A DNA stretch of 45,847 nucleotides, from assembly GCA_020536535.1 (NCBI GenBank), contig JAHLWZ010000021.1, positions 1 to 45,847 on the forward strand. Reading direction: 5' to 3'. Position numbers and translations under genes: made by a program. Below the pieces are notes generated by a model. That model ran no database searches. It was not told the origin of the DNA and saw only the letters and a program-made list of their open reading frames with translations. Position 1 is the stretch's first letter. Every line of letters starts with the position of its first letter. Below, piece by piece: positions 31,747-44,451 of the stretch. Source of the stretch: Pelomyxa schiedti. Taxonomy: Eukaryota; Protista; Evosea.

Positions 31747-34001
31747 ATGACCACAACCCCTCAGAGCTGCAACACGCAACTCCAACTACAAAGCAAGATC
31801 GAGAGGGCGGTTCTGGTGGCCGAGGTTGTTTGGCAGCACATCGTGCCCCGACTCGTGAGCCTCACGCCGCCCGACGCGGCGCACCGCACCGAGGCCGAGC
31901 GCGAGGCGGCGTGCCGGGTGCTGGTGAGCGTGGGGGAGGGCGTGTGGCCCCTGGCCGGGGTGGCGTCGCGCCTGGCCGTGCGGGTGGCCGCGCTGCCGCG
32001 CTACGCCTACCCGGGGCCCGGGTGCGCCGGGGCCTGCCACAGCCCGCGCTACTACGTGCTCGTGCTGGCCGCGAGCGTGACGGGCGACCCGCGGTCGGGC
32101 TGCGTGCCGCGTCTGGTCCAGAATATCGAGAGCAGGGACGGAGGAGGGTGTGTGTGCTTTCTGGAAACATTTTTTTTTGTTTGAGATTTGTTCATTTTTT
32201 TCTTGGGGCATCTCTGATTTTGTACTCAAAGGGGGTTGCTGAAGAAGAAGAAGAACCGAAGGCACAAAGAGACTCTGGCTGTGATGTTTGGCCTCTGCAT
32301 TGGCGGCAACTTGCCTGCTGCAAAGGCTTTCTTTGAAACCGGTACTGCTGCGGATCCAAGGACTGAATTCCGAACGGAAGAACCAGAAACAGAAGAGGGA
32401 GCCAGGAGGGCTTTGGCAGGACTTGTGTGGGACAAAAGCCCGGACAGTGAACTCATGGAGGATGTGAGGGCTGGGAGTTTTGGTGAGTTCCATTTACTCT
32501 CTGAAATCTGCGCGTCAGGTAACCTGGAGATGCTACAGTGGGCCACAGGTGCATTCGGGATCACAGACCCTTGGCAGATGTTTGCACCCCTCCGTGCTGC
32601 ACTTGATAGAGGTCACCTTGCAGTTGCGAAGTGGATTCTGGCAAACTTCGTGGGATTGGCACAAAAGCTTCAACAAAGTGAACACTACCAAATTGCATTG
32701 GCTCTAACCATGGCATGTGGTTCTGGGAAGGATCCTCACTCAAGCAAGTGGTTCATGGAGCAGTTCCCATGTAATACATCACTCAGTTTACAGTTGGGAG
32801 GTTATATACAGCAGAATAATGACATGGAGCTCTGCCAACCGATCAGGGGTCACTTTGGATTGTCTTCGCCCCAGAGCTATGTTTCATACCAACGTATGGT
32901 CTGGGAGTTTCCAGTAGATTTACACTATGAGGAATGGCTTGCTTATGGGATATATAATTATTACCCAACAGTAGGCAGTTATTTCGAGTCAGCATGCTGC
33001 AACTATGGTGACAACGTGGAATTCACCAAGTGGGTGTGTCCAGAGTCCTCAGAAGACCAGAAACAGGGACTTCTGTCCTCACTCTCCTGCAGCAACATCT
33101 AGATTGCCAACTGGATTGAGGAAACTTATTCTGTGATGAAAGTGATCAACTCCCAGGGCCCAAGTGGTGTTGCAAAGGCTCTTCTGAAAATCTGCCAACC
33201 CCCAAAACATGGTGAGGATAAGTTGGATGGAATCGAGTGGTTTGTTGGCCGACTGACTTCTTCTGTTGCACTTGACAATGACAGTGCTTTGAAGGTGCTT
33301 GAAGCGGCCACTCTGAAGCGCCCCAAAGCTATCTTATTCCTGCTCAAGTGGTTCCACATCCCTCCCTCGATTTGGGCCGATTCCGACAACAAAGAACTGT
33401 TGGGGAAGTTGCTGCAGTGTGTTGCACAGTGGAGCCTCAGTGCTGTGAAAGAGCTCACCTCTCTACTTCCTTTCTCTGCCGAGGACGTTGCACGGGGCCT
33501 GACTTCGGTGCCCAGTGTTATGTACTTGTGTTCTGATGCAGTGAGGTGGCTGGTGGGGCAATACAACCTCACAGCAAGTCACATCAAGGCAAACCACAAC
33601 GTCTTACTTTTCCAGTTTATTTTGTCAAACAAGAAGGGCTGTGCAGAATGGCTCATTGATTCTTTTGGAATTTCCTTGATAGACGTGTGTTCAATTTCAA
33701 CCAAACTTCACTAACTCGCACACAGGTGATGTCCATGTTTATTCTTTGGGGGACATCTGACAAGGAAAAACTGCTGCATCTTTCAACTTGGAGGATGATT
33801 CTCAACAAGTTCCCAGGGCTGGACTGTGACAGAGCCTGGAGAATGATGCCTGAGGTGTGCAACATGCCTTGCATTGCTGAGTACACACTCAAGAGGTATG
33901 GTGTTGAACAACATGGTGTGACTGAACAGATGCTCCTGAAGCTCATCCTCCACCGGATCTCTGATGAGTTTCAACTGTGGTGTTCGGACCAAAGAAGCTG
34001 A
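31747..34001 (+). CDS. Spliced degenerate ankyrin-like repeat protein with an in-frame TAG at 33100-33102 (possible pseudogene)
   Basis: Repeats such as ICASGNLEMLQW and AALDRGHLAVAKWIL; introns near 32148-32231 and 33684-33724 (GTGTGT...CTAAC...CAG); ORFs 32236..33102 and 33133..33714 are in the same frame. Confidence 0.65.
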
Positions 34002-34181
34002 AAAGTGTAACAGGAGACCCGTGTTCATCAAAATGAGAAACATCGGGACAGCGTACAGTGTAGATGGGAAGGTGGGGTGTTTGGTTGATTTCTTGGTTGA
34101 TGTGCGTGAAACCCCCCATGTGATGTAAGAGATTGCTAAGGGATCGCGTTTCAGGGAAAAAGCGATCACAATTAATCGGGG

Positions 34182-34893
34182 ATGATGCGAGCTAGTAGTC
34201 CGCCAGTGGTTCTTGCCCCCGCGATATTCGATTTTGGTGCCCCTGCTACCGCAATTGTGGGCAGGGGGGAGGACGGTGGGGTGGTGTTCAACGGGTTCGC
34301 GGAGGACCAGGGCACCACCCTCGCGGCCAAGGTGCAGGCCAACAGGGCCGCCGCGAGTGCCAGCGTCGTGGCCGCCGCCGCGGCGGGGTCGGACGGGGGG
34401 GGCAGCGGGAGGAAGACCGGCACGGGCACGGTGGTGGTCGACGCGATGAGGCGCAAGATCAAGGTGGGTGCGGGGCGGGGGCCGTCGTCTAGGTCGCGGG
34501 CGGACCGGGCCGCGATGAGGAAGGGGGGCCCGGAGCGGGAGGTGGTGGTGGGCGAGGACTACGCCGCGGCAGCACAGGCCAAGGCCAAAGGCAAGAGCAA
34601 GGGCAAGGGCAAGAAAGCGGAAGGGGGCGAGGGGGAAGGGGAAATGGGGGAGGGAGAGGGGGAGGGGGAAGGGGGGAACAAGTGGACGAGGGAGGGGTGG
34701 AACGGGTCGCGGGGGGCAAAGACCAGGCTGAAGAAGGGGCAGTCTCACAAGCAGAAGGTGTGCTGGATTGAAATATATATCTATCTAGAAGTGTTAGCTG
34801 ATGCACTAATCAATTCGAAGCTTTAAGAGACTAAAGCAAAAAAAAAAATATGTAGATAAGAAAACGTGGCAAGGTGGGCAAAGGAATATCTAA
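34182..34893 (+). CDS. Hypothetical Gly/Lys/Glu-rich protein, probably one intron
   Basis: GC-rich ORF; AAG|GTGTGC donor at ~34758 and TAAG acceptor at ~34827 give an in-frame last exon RLKQKKKYVDKKTWQGGQRNI*. Confidence 0.55.
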
Positions 34894-35085
34894 TCAGGAG
34901 AAACGCGACGTGAAAGTTATTAAAGCTCTAGACAGAAAAGCTTTATTGCGTAGTCTTCGTTCCTCGTATTAGCATGCGTGGTACATTCCCCTGTCACTTG
35001 CGAATGGCAGTCAACATCTAAACCCGCACAAATAAAGCAATACTGAAAATACGAAAAAAAAACTTTATTTTCCAATTAATGTTTT

Positions 35086-36900
35086 TTACAGGTGTTGCAT
35101 ATCTGCTCTGTGAGCAAATTGAGTGGCACATTCCATAATATCAGTCTTTTTTTTGTGTGAGTGGGAATTAAAGGTGAACTTTAACTCCTCTATCTATTTC
35201 AATAAATTTCATATCCCTTTCGGTTTTTTTTTTTCCCCTTTTACCTTCAATTGTGGATAGGTAGAGCCCACAATGACTAGCAGTCTCTTCAATATCCTTT
35301 CCATTCTCAGGAAGAAGATATTCCCTTCTTGTTGTCTGTGTTTACAAGATAAATACCAAGAGGGTGGGAGTATAATGCATACACATTGTTATCCACAAGG
35401 GGTCTTGCAGAAGATGCCCAGTCTTGCAGAATTTTTGCCTCTGCGGATGAAACCCACCTATGGAACTGTGTTGTCTGTGCCGGCAGTGTGGCAATGGCCG
35501 CATTGAGGGAGTTTTGTATTCTTTCAAGGCCAGTGCGGAGGTAAGGGTCACGGATTGAGGGCACCTCGGTTATCAGTTTCTATTGGAGGTTTGTTCTTAA
35601 ATTTTTGGAGAGCTTCTTTCAGTTACCTGAAAAATGAGTCTGGCCGAAAACAAATTGTTGAAAGCTTCCAAATATCCAGGTGGAATGCTTGTGGATTGTT
35701 GAGATAGAACCTGCCTACAAACGCTTTGTTAATCCCATTGGGCAAGAGCAAGTAACCTCAATCTATCACGAGCAAAATATGAAGGTATTCTGTCGAGGTT
35801 TCCTAGTAATATCGTTTCTAGCATATTACTGTTATTTACTGTAAGGCATCAGAAAGAGGATCCTTATACACACTGTATTGGAAGCAATTTTGGCTCTATA
35901 AAAGCATCTTTCGGAATGTGGGCTTTGATTTGATGTAATATTACAAGGTTCCACTATATCATTTAGAGGCAGTTGCACCACTTGAACAAACCTTGTAAAA
36001 CGATTCTAAATCAATAGTTTGTAAGAGATTTACATAGTCCGTCCATTTTCTTTGCACTGCTTGTTGTTAAAATTCGTGGATACCTTATAAACTGATACCC
36101 CATATCTTGGAAAAATTAGCAAATCGTGTACATAATGAGGTAATACATCAATTTGAGTGATAATGGCCGGAGATCCAATCCATATGCGTAAAAATTCTGC
36201 CTGAATAACATCGATGTACTCTTTATAGCAAGGGAATAGGGCATCCTGGGTCCAGTTGATCCCCGCTGATGTGTGACTGTATTCATTAAAAAAAAAGTTC
36301 AAATAGGAATAAACCATTACTTGTTGTCCTCAGTGAGTGACTATGGAACTATTAGTCGAATAAAAAATTATAACATGAAATACCTTTAAAGCAAGGTACG
36401 CACAAAGGAGAAGTTGTTGCTGTGACATAGAAACACCCAAGTTCACTAGCAATTCTTTTTCGTAATGTCGATACCTGTAGGAGAGGGTCAAACATACCAA
36501 AAAAGAAAAGGACAATTGCCTGTCTTTGTAGAGAATCACCAAAGGGCCCTCAGAAAACTCAATCATTGACACAAAATCATCAGGTACTGGTTTCATTGTG
36601 GATATACCCAGCCTCCCACAAAACTTTACAACTCCACTCACTATGTAAAAAAACAAAATCAACAACATTACCTCGAGGATTTTTTGTAATGCAGCAGTGT
36701 GCACCGGTGTAGAATCGACGTTGTACACATGCCCCCCCGGCGGTACCCTGTTTACATTGTGGGACCGGAGTAACAACGGGAGATAAAGTGATAGTGATAA
36801 TACAACAACCCATAATTGCATACCACGAGGGGGGCTCGTCACCCATGGGTGGGGCCGATGGCGCCCCGTCGTCTTCGTTTGGCTTCGCCATTGCGGCCAA
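35086..36900 (-). CDS. Hypothetical multi-exon protein; ends approximate
   Basis: Chain of minus-strand coding-like segments (MAKPNEDDGAPSAPP..., VLWEAGYIHNET, YRHYEKELLVNLG, QAEFLRIWIGSP, LERIQNSLNAA...) separated by short T-rich GT-AG introns. Confidence 0.5.
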
Positions 36901-37110
36901 CTTGGTCCAAGTGTTGTTGAGAAAAGTTTGATTGACACAGGGAAAGAATTGTTGTTCTTTCTGCAGACCCCTTCAACACAGTGACGGCAAAACATGAGTA
37001 ACATGAAAGGGTCTGCAGAAGAAACGAACAAAAACGCAATAAACCTCGCAGCGCTCATCACTCATTGACTCTGTTTTATTCATCTCTCTCCTTCATTCAA
37101 GAATGGTTGG

Positions 37111-38317
37111 TTATCTCAGAGATATAAGCGGAGGCAGCATGATCGCCTGGAAGTTCTCAATTAGAGACAACGATGAAAGGGCTATTGTATTACCTTTGCT
37201 GCTGGCAAGCAAGTAAAGCCGAAATGCCTCTTTGATGTCATTGGTGCCTTTACCTGACCGGTAATAGTCTCCAAGGTTCCTCAGTGCCAGGGAATTTCCC
37301 TGTGAGGCACTCAGCCTCAGCCATTTCACTGCTTCATGAGAGTCTGGTGGCCCATTCAGTCCTTGCATGTAAGCAACGCCGAGGTTGTTCTGTCCCATGT
37401 TATGACCCTGAACCGCTGCCCTGTAGAACAACTGGAATGCCTCGGCTTTGCTGGATAGTGGCATCCAGTATCCGAGGTTTGCCTGTGCAGAGGGATTCCC
37501 TTGCTCAGCAGACAGCCTGAGGAGATGCAACCCCCGCTCCCTATCCACCGGCATCCCTATTCCTTTCCTAAGCCTATTTGCGAGGCTCACCTGGGCCAGT
37601 GGATTGCCCTTGGCTGCGGATAGTTCCAACAGCCTGATTGCCTCGTCCTGGTTCATTTCCACGCCCGCGCCTTTATCAAAGCAGAAGGCCAGGTTGTTCT
37701 GCCCCATGCTGTGACCAAGCGATGCCGAAATCCTGAACGCCTCGGCGCCCTTGGCATGATCCTGCTGCACACCAATACCCTTTTCAAACAGCAGCCCCAT
37801 CAGGTAATATCCAGTCCCCAAGTACAGAGCCTCGTCCCCCGGGGTACTCAACTTTTCACCGCCGATTCTCCCGCCGCCACCAAGCCTCACAGTCGCAATC
37901 ACAGCACTCACTAGCACTTCCTTCGAATCCCATGAGAACGGCCTCCTCTTGCTCAGCACACTGGGCGCGTGTGTGAACACGCACCGGGTCAGAAAATGTG
38001 CCGCGCATTTCCTCTTGTCGCAGTAGTGTCCGATACTGCCACCACCACAACCACCAACGCGTGCGGCGCCACCTAGGCCAGCGCCATCGGTGTTGACACC
38101 CAGACCCACAATTTGCGCGCACCAGGCGTCGCAGGCGGCGAGGTCGCCCCTGGCCAGCATCCCGATCGCGGAAACAACCTCGTCCACGACTTGTTGATGA
38201 TGAAGGTCGCCGCTGTCATCGTGTTGGTGGTCAGACACATCGCCGTCCTGTGGTGGTGGTGGTTGGTGTATGGCGACTGTAAGCCTATGTGTGTTTATGT
38301 CCGCCGTGGTCGTCTTC
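37111..38317 (-). CDS. Sel1-like repeat (SLR) protein; start uncertain
   Basis: About 6 SLRs (GQNNLAFCFDKGAGV, AQVSLANRL, GQNNLGVAYMQG, EAVKWLRLSASQGN); frame is open to ~38317 without an ATG, so an upstream exon is likely. Confidence 0.85.
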
Positions 38318-38731
38318 TAGATACCACTTTCTGGGAAATCTCTTGCGAAGAATTGTGCCTTTCCTTTCCTAATCGATTAGGATTAGGCTTCCTCTTGCTG
38401 GCCAGCATCCCGACTACACACTCACACCATTCCTCTGGTATTTTTCATCAGCTAAAGCCCGATCTTGATCAAAATGTAGTGCAGGTCAGAATGAAATTTG
38501 CATCAAAGCCCCATTTCCACGCACTGGAAAAAAGCCTGCACGAAAACCGGTGCCAGATGAAATTTTTTGCGGGTTGGACGAGGTACCAATCTTGTTGTTA
38601 GTTGAAAGGCAAACTCGCCACCTTTATAAACAACAACTGTGTAGACTACATACTCAAATTATAGTTTTAATAAAACAACAAACAGCCTTCAAACCAAAAA
38701 GCCAACAAAACCAATAGAATAACAAACAAAA

Positions 38732-41602
38732 ATGATAATCACAAACCTGGCGACAGTATTAGTGGTATTGTGCATTGCTGGAGTGACATCAGCAAGGTTC
38801 GGGACACAGCTGCCCACAGCCTCGATATCAGTTAGCACTGATGCCCAGGCAATTGGGAACACTTGGGGTGTATCTTCAAATTCTTCTGCAGATTTGTATG
38901 CATCCATCTTTTCACCTTTCTATTTTCTTTTACTATGTGAGTCTTTGCGAACTGTGTTTGTTGTTGTATATATACAATATGTTTTATAATATAAAGCAAA
39001 ACTAACCAGTCACCTCTTCAATGAAAAGGGGGTTCTGGCCAGTGAAAATGGTGGACAACAGCCTTCCTGATGGGATTGGGTATTTCCAGTCATCAGTTGG
39101 AGACAGTTCAGCTGTTTGCCGGTTTTCAATTGACTTGCTCACTGAGAGAAACATCACATCAATGCTGCTTTTCCCGATGGGTGCCTCTCCTGCGTCGTAT
39201 TCCATGGCCGGGGCTGACGCTTCTGCTGTAGTCGGGTCAATAACTTATCCCGTTGAACTCCTCCCTGGTATGTATTGCGTAGTTTAGTAGTTGATTTTAT
39301 CTCAAATCAAATCGTAGAATGGACAAGCGGAAATATGGCCAGCATCACAACACCGGTTGAAGTGTTTGTGAACCGCAAGGTAAGGTATATAACAGTCAGC
39401 TTGCAAAAGCCTGCATCAGAGTCAATGTTTTATATGGGAAGAGTGCACTTTTACAGTATGTTTGTTACTACTTCGTCATGCTGCCAATAATCAATACCAG
39501 CTTGCGTGCCATGCGATTATGAATACATGATGAACCCATCCACTTGCGCCTGCATGCTCCGTGAGTTCATAATGGAAGTCAAATCAAATTACTTACACAA
39601 TCTCAGTGCCACAGTGTGACAGATACGTCCACCCAATGGAGGTGAATGGGTGGAGCACTTCTATTATTGGAGGTGGAAGCGGATTCTTAGCTCCAGATAC
39701 TCTCACAGTCACGTTCTCGAAGCCGATCGTGAACGGCGAAGGTCCCATTTCAATCCTTCCTGCTGGAGGTAATGTCACGCAACTCAATTTCATTAGATTA
39801 TATCTAATTAATTAATGCAGAAACAAACGTTGGATGTGGGTGCCCTTCAAGTGCTTGTTCAATGGTTGTGTCCGGCTGTAACATGATTTATACGTACACA
39901 GTCAACTGGCAGTATTTCCTCAACAACTGCGGCGTTGAATTGCTCCCATCTGATTCCTCTGTGTTGTATTACCGGACAGTTTTCAATTGTATGTTGTCGC
40001 ACATTCAGTTCTATACTCACTTACTCACTTCGCACAGACAACTTTGACACTTTGGTTGTCAACTCTTCAGTGGTTCAATCAACGAGTGAATACACCCCCC
40101 TCTATGTATGTTGTCAGTTGCGACAGACTTGGGAAGGGGACATACTAAAAATTGTCACCAGATCGCCATTCCGACTGTGATTGACTTGACGCTTGTCCAA
40201 ATCAATCTGGTTGATCCGTATGTGCCAACGGTTGTCACTGGTTATGTGAGTGCATTTCATTTGCATTCTATGGTGCAGTTTCTAAACAAAATATTAATAG
40301 GTCACTGTGAAGAAAATCATTGATAGGAAGCTGCACCTCGAATTTTATACTACAACATTGAGCCCATACAATCTCAACATCCTCAGAGTCGACACAAATG
40401 TGAAGTTCTTCAATCAGACTTTCACAGTAAGACTTCCTCATAAGATCCGGTTGGTCTAACCAACCATCTCACAGCACATGAGTACCACCTGCACGTTGAC
40501 AGATGTTACGTGTTATCAATACTGGCAGATTGACAGTTACCTTGCTCCCGACGTCTGTATCTTCCAAGGAGAGCCGATTTTGATCCCCTTCCAATTCACT
40601 TGCCTCGATGGAGCTTCCTGTTCATACCTGGTCGGCGGTGTTGACAAGCAAAACGGTACCTTCTCGGTTCCCATGTGGTCTTCCGATCTCTGTGGGTCAA
40701 TTCAGGTATTTAATTTATAATCAAAAAATACTCACTCAACTTCATTCAGTTAAACGCCACTCTGACTGGAACATTTGACATGTTCAGTGATAGTGCATGC
40801 TCTGTACCGAGTAAATCTTTCAAGCTTGTTCCTCCTACAACTGCATACCTTTTGGTAATTTCCATGGTTTCTGTTTTTGAATTCTCATACCGGTCATTCT
40901 CAGATTGACTTGACTTCGTCAGTTTCGATCAACACGGTCACTCTGGTCAACTTCTATGTATTCGTGAATGGGACTCTCAACGCTGTCATGTGCGTTAAAT
41001 TGTTTTACTGGAACAAGAATGGGATGCATTCAACTTACCCAAATTGCCAGATTCAACAAAGCCACTCAAGCACTTGCAACAACAGCTCACTTTGTAGAGA
41101 CCACTCCATATGACTCCGATGTAACAAAAATGCTCCTCGCAATCGAGTTCAACACCAACTGGTTATCAATTGGTGCGCGATTTCCTCCTTCCTCTCTCCA
41201 CCCCACTGCCTTCTTTCAAATTCAGCTGCAATTGCAATTGCGTCGACCTGAAACTAACTTTTTGCAACTGCAACAGACATGGGCGAGGCGGCGGACATCA
41301 AGTTCCAGGCGGATCTCAGCGTAACCTACAAGACCGCGGCCAAGACCCCGTCGCGTCGTGGCGCCGAGACGCGCGCCGGCAGCGGCTACCCCGAGAGCGT
41401 GACCGTGCTCCAAGCCGGCCTGGTCACAAGGGCCCCCGCGGCAGCGACGTCGACGTCGGCGCCGTCGAGCGGCGACGCCCCCGGAGGCTCGGCGTCAAAC
41501 ACCCACTCCGCAATCACGTCGACGCGCACCTCGAGCGGATCCCACGCCTACGCTTCGATTGCAACGCTCGCGTCTCTCGCGCTTGTTTCTGCTATTGTAT
41601 AA
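38732..41602 (+). CDS. Multi-exon secreted Cys-containing surface protein with probable GPI-anchor signal
   Basis: Signal peptide MIITNLATVLVVLCIAGVTSA; beta-rich Cys-containing exons; Ser/Thr/Ala spacer followed by a hydrophobic end AYASIATLASLALVSAIV*. Confidence 0.65.
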
Positions 41603-41683
41603 TTTATGAGAAAAAACAAACTTGGCTGGTTGGCCCAAGTGCTAACCATCTCAACAACTTTGTTTCACAGGTTCGGTGTGGGT

Positions 41684-42979
41684 TCATTCACGGTTGGAAA
41701 TGCGGGACACGAAAGTGGTGGCAGCCTGGTCACCTGGAATATGTTGGTAAAACATAACGTGATGCAACAACCATCCATGCATAATAAGAAAAATGTGATG
41801 GATGAGGTTGGCAAGAAGTAGAAAAGGTATACCTTTGCTGCTGGCAAGCAAATAAAGCCGGAATGCCTCCCTGGTGTCCCTGGTGGCTGTGCCTGTCCAG
41901 TAATAGTCTGTACAGTAATAGTCTCCAAGGTTCCTCAGTGCCATGGGATTTCCCTGTGAGGCACTCAGCCTCAGCCATTTCACTGCTTCTTGAGGGTCTG
42001 TGTGTCCGTGTATTCCTTTCATGTAGCGATTACCAAGGCAGTTCTGTGCCACGTCGTATCCCTGAACAGCGGCACTGTAAAACAACTTGAATGCCTCCGC
42101 CTGGTTGGTTCCTGGCTTGGTGTGTGGTGGGTCCGGGAGTTTCTCGTAACATAGTGCGAGGTTTGTCTGTGCACAGGGGTTTCCTTGTTCTGCAGACAGT
42201 CGCCAGAGCCGCATTGCCCTGTCATTATCAACAGGAGTTCCACCGAAGCCGTATTTGAGGTTGTACCCCAGGCTCACCTGGGACACTGGGTTTCCCTGGG
42301 CAACAGATAGCTCCCAGAGCCTGTTGGCCTCGGCCTGGTTCTTTTCCGCTCCGTTCTCCCAGAAGTAGCCCATGTTGTACTGCCCCATGCTGTGCCCCAG
42401 TGATGCCGAAATCCTGTAAGCCTCAACAGCCTTGGCATCGTCGGCATGTACTCCAAGGCCCTTTCCAAACATCACGCCCATCAGATAGTACCCAGTCCCA
42501 ACGTACTGATCACAGGAGCCTCCTCCCATTATTTCTATTTCGTCGGCGTGACTCCCACAGGCAGCGGACCTGATTACAGCACTCACGAGAACGTCCTTTG
42601 AATCCCATGAGCACGCCTGGGCCAGCTGGATCTCCTCAGTCGTCGTGTCTACGTCCCTGAATGGCTTCCTCTTGCTCAGCAAACTGGGCGCGTGTGAGCA
42701 CACGCACCGAGTCAGAAAATGTGCCGCGCACTTCCTCTTGTCACAGTGCCAGTTATGGGAGCACGCCCCACCGACCGAAACAGCGTTCAGACCCACAATT
42801 TGTGCGCACCAGGCGTCGCAGGCGGCGAGGTCGCCCCTGGCCAGCATCCCGATCGCGCAAACCACCTCGTTCACTGCGTCGTGGTGGGGATCTTCGGCAC
42901 AACCGCGGTTGGTGTCGCGGTGCTGCAGTTGCATCGTGAGCCTGTTGGTGTTGTTCGCGGCCCGAGCGTCATCACTCAT
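41684..42979 (-). CDS. Sel1-like repeat protein, paralogue of the 37111 gene
   Basis: ATG 42979; shared N-terminal EVV-AIGMLARGDLAACDAWCAQIVGL...CDKRKCAAHFLTRCV; SLRs; probable intron near the 3' end. Confidence 0.87.
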   Translation of the reverse strand: MSDDARAANNTNRLTMQLQHRDTNRGCAEDPHHDAVNEVVCAIGMLARGDLAACDAWCAQIVGLNAVSVGGACSHNWHCDKRKCAAHFLTRCVCSHAPSLLSKRKPFRDVDTTTEEIQLAQACSWDSKDVLVSAVIRSAACGSHADEIEIMGGGSCDQYVGTGYYLMGVMFGKGLGVHADDAKAVEAYRISASLGHSMGQYNMGYFWENGAEKNQAEANRLWELSVAQGNPVSQVSLGYNLKYGFGGTPVDNDRAMRLWRLSAEQGNPCAQTNLALCYEKLPDPPHTKPGTNQAEAFKLFYSAAVQGYDVAQNCLGNRYMKGIHGHTDPQEAVKWLRLSASQGNPMALRNLGDYYCTDYYWTGTATRDTREAFRLYLLASSKGIPFLLLANLIHHIFLIMHGWLLHHVMFYQHIPGDQAATTFVSRISNRE

Positions 42980-43105
42980 ATTTTGGAAAAACAACAAGAT
43001 TGCCGAAATGGTTTGGGAAGAAAAGAGCGGTTTGAGGGCAAACATTGATACAGGTTGGGTGTTGGTGTTCGGTTAATGTGATGAGCTCTCTCTTGCATGA
43101 GATCA

Positions 43106-43889
43106 TCATGCACTGCCTGCACCCCATTTCTTTCTCATTTCTGCGCGCTTCTTGTCTGTTTGCGGTGTTTTTGAGGGCTTGGACTCGGATCCCATAAGGT
43201 TCTCCTTCTCCTCTGGCTTGCTGTTGACTTCCATAGCGGCCTTCTTTGCCTTCTTCTTCTTCTTGTTCTTCTTGGATGGGGCACAGCAGCAGCAACAGAG
43301 TAGGCAAAATGCAATTCCTAGCAGGAGGAGGGCACCTCCGCCAAAGGAAATGACCATGATCCACAGAACGGCAACTGTATGGTGCTCGTGAGTGCAAAGT
43401 CCATTTTTATTATTTACTTCAATTCTTGTGTTTTTGTTTTGGTTTGGTAAAGTTTCGGTTTTGTTTTGGTTTTTGCCTGTGTTTTAGTAATATTCATAAA
43501 ACTATACAATTATGTAAAATAATCGGATATTGTCCGGCATTAGGGGAATTTAGAACATACGAGAGCATTGACCCGAGTACCAGTATGGGCCGCAATGGTC
43601 CTTGTTCTCAGGTTTTAGCCAGGTGCCGTTCTGGCAATTGCCGGTGTGGTTGACGCCACCCTTTGAGCACCACACGCAGTCGTCAAATTTAACGCAACTG
43701 CTGCAGTTGAAACTATGTGTACTGCATATGGTCTGATTACCACGCACTACGCGCACAGTAAGTACAAACGATGGGGGGAAAAAAAAAAAGAGCAGGGAAC
43801 GAGAGAGCCAAAAAAAAAGTACCGAGGGAGGGCCAAGCTATTACAACAAAGGCGACGAGAAACAATACGCCGACGTACCACCGCCCCAT
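43106..43889 (-). CDS. PTTG1IP/PBF-like type I membrane protein (signal peptide, PSI domain, TM, poly-Cys, basic tail), spliced
   Basis: MGRWYVGVLFLVAFVVIAWPSL; CSTHSFNCSSCVKFDDCVWCS...C...WYSGQC; TM segment followed by CCCCC; TDKKRAEMRKKWG tail. Confidence 0.8.
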
Positions 43890-44127
43890 CGTCCTCGTAG
43901 TGGTGTGTTTGTTGTTTCTTTTATTTTTTAAGAATCGTTTTATGCGATACGAGATGGATGTAGTTTCGGGATGTTTTGGGGCAATTGAGTACCACTATGC
44001 ACACGGTCTGTTCTGGCGGTGGGAACTCCGTTTCCAAGTGAGTCTGCTACTCCTCAAGAGGGAGCTTCAGATTAGTACAATAACCGGAAATCCTGCCTAA
44101 CAGGGCCGATTTGGAAATAAAAAAAGA

Positions 44128-44209
44128 TGCGCCGGCTGGGATTCGAACCCAGGCTCCAAAGGAAATGCATCTTGAGTGCACCGCGTTAGACCAACTCCGC
44201 CACCGACGC
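44128..44209 (-). tRNA. tRNA-Leu(CAA)
   Basis: Identical to the other two Leu copies. Confidence 0.95.
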
Positions 44210-44307
44210 TGGGGGAGACACTCAGTTCTCAACGGTTTGCAATTTCTTCTTCCACAAAAAAGAAAAGTACTGGAGCCTGGGGAACCACCATCCTCTCTTG
44301 TTGTGGG

Positions 44308-44380
44308 GGTTTCGTAGTGCAACTGGTAGCACGTAAGTTTTACACACTTGAGGTCCTGGGATCGACACCCAGCGAAACCA
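44308..44380 (+). tRNA. tRNA-Val(TAC)
   Basis: One D-loop difference from the 31493 copy (GGTAG vs GGCAG). Confidence 0.9.
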
Positions 44381-44451
44381 GGTTTTGGATGTAAACATTT
44401 TTGTACGGAAAAGCTCAGCAAGCAACGTTGCTTCTTGATGAGGAAAAAGAG

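Noticed and set aside
30851-33102. Alternative genetic code suggested by in-frame TGA and TAG
   Set aside because: TGA, TAG and TAA all end conserved genes here (e.g. A TGA, B and D TAG, Roco TAA), and no suppressor tRNA is present.
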